DNA from: Leucoraja ocellata
Taxonomy: Eukaryota
Length of the DNA: 63,826 nt
Direction of reading: 5' to 3'
Assembly (NCBI GenBank): GCA_036785375.1
Contig: JAWMAR010000022.1
Span: forward strand, 1,302,001 to 1,365,826
Under the pieces are notes generated by a model. It saw only the letters and a list, made by a program, of their open reading frames with translations. It was not told the origin of the DNA and ran no database searches. Of this stretch, positions 61,789 through 63,826 are shown piece after piece. Position numbers and translations under genes: made by a program. Every line of letters starts with the position of its first letter. Positions within the stretch are counted from its first letter, which is position 1.

Positions 61789-62974
61789 TCTATCTATCTA
61801 TCTATATTTAAAACTCTGGCTACCGCCTGCCTGCCGGCTACCTGACGGCCGGCTTTCTGCCTTTGATTCGTTGCTACGCTGACACCAGACGCAAAATTGC
61901 CGAGATTTTTTCCATTTCGGTAGAAATGTTACTTTTCATTCCAAGTATCCACTCCCGATTAAATTTCGTCGTATTTATGTACACATTTTAAATAAAATCC
62001 ATCTCCCCCCCCCCCCCAGATGGACTGTCCCTACCCCTCCCCCTTCCACTCTCCCTCCCCACTATTTCCCCTCTCCCTCTCCCTCCACACTCTTCCCCCT
62101 CCCTCCCCTACCCCATCTCCCTCCTCCCCCCTCCCCACACCTCTCCCCCTCCCCCATCCATCCCTCTCTCCCTCTCTCCATCCCTCTCTCCCCGTCCCCA
62201 TCCCTCTCTCCTCCCCTTCTCCATCTCCCTCTCCTCACCACTCTACTCCTCCCCCTCCTCCTCCTCTCACCCCATCACTCTCTCGCCCACCCCCCTTCCC
62301 TCTCCCCTTCCTCTCTCCTCCACCCTTCTTCCCCCACCCCTTTCCCTCTCCCCACACTCTTCCCCCTCTACCATCTACCCCATCTCCTCGCCTCCCTCCC
62401 CCTCACCTCTCCCCACCCCCTCCCCATCCCTCTCCTCCCCCTCCCCTCCCCATCCCTCTCCTCCCCCCTCTCCCTACCCCTCTGTCCCTCTTCCACCACT
62501 CCCCCTTACCCCACCCCTCTCCCTCCCCCACACCACACTCCCCCTCCCTCCCCTACCCCTTCCCCCTCTGTCCCTCTTCCATCACTCCCCCTACCCCTCT
62601 CCCCCTCCCTCCCAACTCTTCCACTTCTCTCCCCCCCTCCCCCTCCCCTATCCCTCCCCACTCTTTCCCCTCTCTCCCTCACCCCTCTCCCCCTCCCTCC
62701 CACCCCCACACCTCTCTCCCCATCCCCCCTCTCTCACCCCATACCCCGCTCTCCTTTCCCTCACAAATCTCTCCCGTTTCCTCCTACTCCTCTCCCCTCT
62801 TCTCATACTCCCCTCTCCCCACCCCGTCTCCTTCTCCCCCCCTACCCCCACCTGTGTGTTTGGGGGGTGGTTAGTGTGGGTGTGATGCCGCTGCCCCCCA
62901 CCCCCCCCCCCCCCCACCCACCCCCCGCAAACGCCGTTGGGGAAACAGACCCAACGGGTCTGCACTTGGTCTGG
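61789..62974 (+). mobile_element. Non-autonomous Helitron-like element B2 with an about 850-bp pyrimidine-rich tract
   Basis: (TCTA)n-TATTTAAAACTCTG start; hairpin CAGACCC-AAC-GGGTCTG at 62946-62962; CTGG at 62971-62974. Confidence 0.75.
62005..62852 (+). repeat. C/T-rich low-complexity tract
   Basis: Almost only C and T with scattered A; produces the spurious proline-rich ORF. Confidence 0.95.
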
Positions 62975-63760
62975 TAATTACTAAAACTCTTGTCTTGTTT
63001 GGACGTCTGTCTGTCTGCGTGTGTGCGTGTGATCTCAAGGAACTACGCCAAAATGGTACAGAATAGCGCAAAAATGTTTGCACCACCTCACTAACCTTTG
63101 TCCCGTGGTCATTCCTATATAGTTTTGAACACATTGATGTTATATTTCACAAGAAATTTTACATTTTTAAACTTAAAGTCAACATTTTAGAAAAATAGCT
63201 TCACCCTCCGGCTATATCTACAGCTATAACTTCACAACGCTCCATTGTTCGAATCTGGGCACAGTCAGTCCTGTCAGGCTGCCAGCACAAGAAATTTTAC
63301 ATTTTTCAAACTCAGCTATGACCACAATGCTACATTGTTGCAATCTCGGCACACTCAGTCCAGCCTGGCTGCCAGCACTACAAAGTGCTGTTGCTATCAT
63401 TTTTTCTTTATTCCTGGCAGCATGGATGCCAGCATTTTCTAGTGCTGTTGCTATTCCCTTTTTTTTAAATTCCTGGCAGCATGGAGCGAGGGTGTCCAGT
63501 AAAAGTCACAGTACACTGAATTTTGAATAAGGCGAACTGAGCAGCCCTCGCACAGTTGGGGGCTATGGGTGAATGGTGGAATATTACGTTGGGTGGAACG
63601 GGTTGCGTTGGGGAAACGGGTGAGTGGTGAAATATTGCCTTGGGGAACGGGTTGCGTTGAGGACTAGGCCTCCTGTGGGGCTATGGGTGAATGGTATAAT
63701 ATTGCATTGGGGGACCAGGTCTCTGTGTGAAAGGGATCCAATGGATCCCAGTTGATCTAG
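62975..63760 (+). mobile_element. Non-autonomous Helitron-like element B3
   Basis: taattactaaaactcttg start; hairpin GGGATCC-AAT-GGATCCC at 63733-63749; CTAG at 63757-63760. Confidence 0.75.
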
Positions 63761-63762
63761 TA

Positions 63763-63826
63763 TCTATATACTTTTAAAACTCTGTATGTGTGTGGGTGTA
63801 CGGGATTTTGCCTTTGAAACGCATCT
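63763..63826 (+). mobile_element. Start of a fourth Helitron-like element B4 (runs off the window)
   Basis: TA|TCTATATACTTTTAAAACTCTG follows the CTAG of B3 directly; gattttgcctttga resembles ctttctgcctttga in B2. Confidence 0.6.

Noticed and set aside
62020-62874. 284-aa proline-rich ORF (extensin/formin-like)
   Set aside because: Translation of a C/T low-complexity tract inside a repeat; no splice or domain evidence.

Overview
Eukaryotic (vertebrate) genomic DNA, most likely a cartilaginous fish (skate/ray; inferred from the repeat repertoire), with one assembly gap (10332-10528). The whole window lies inside the UVSSA gene on the minus strand. Six internal coding exons were read by hand (60285-60394, 48904-49032, 37188-37299, 31005-31164, 12862-13038, 5521-5704). 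All have GT-AG boundaries, compatible phases and an open reading frame, and they include the acidic-FVEVPEK TFIIH-binding motif and half of the zinc finger. The introns are filled with transposable elements: CR1, L2, Rex1/Babar, L1, Penelope-like (with hammerhead-ribozyme-like cores), a CsRn1-lineage Gypsy element, IR/DR Tc1 transposons, SINEs and non-autonomous Helitron-like elements. The most notable structures are (i) two head-to-tail trains of different Helitron-like elements whose 3' hairpins show compensatory changes, (ii) short Penelope terminal-repeat-only insertions with TSDs, some palindromic with a hammerhead core on each strand, (iii) multi-layer nested insertions with readable TSDs, including an uninterrupted teleost-like L2 RT ORF, and (iv) two Tc1 copies sharing the same internal LINE-tail insertion. 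All alignments and family calls are by eye and from memory; no database search was run.
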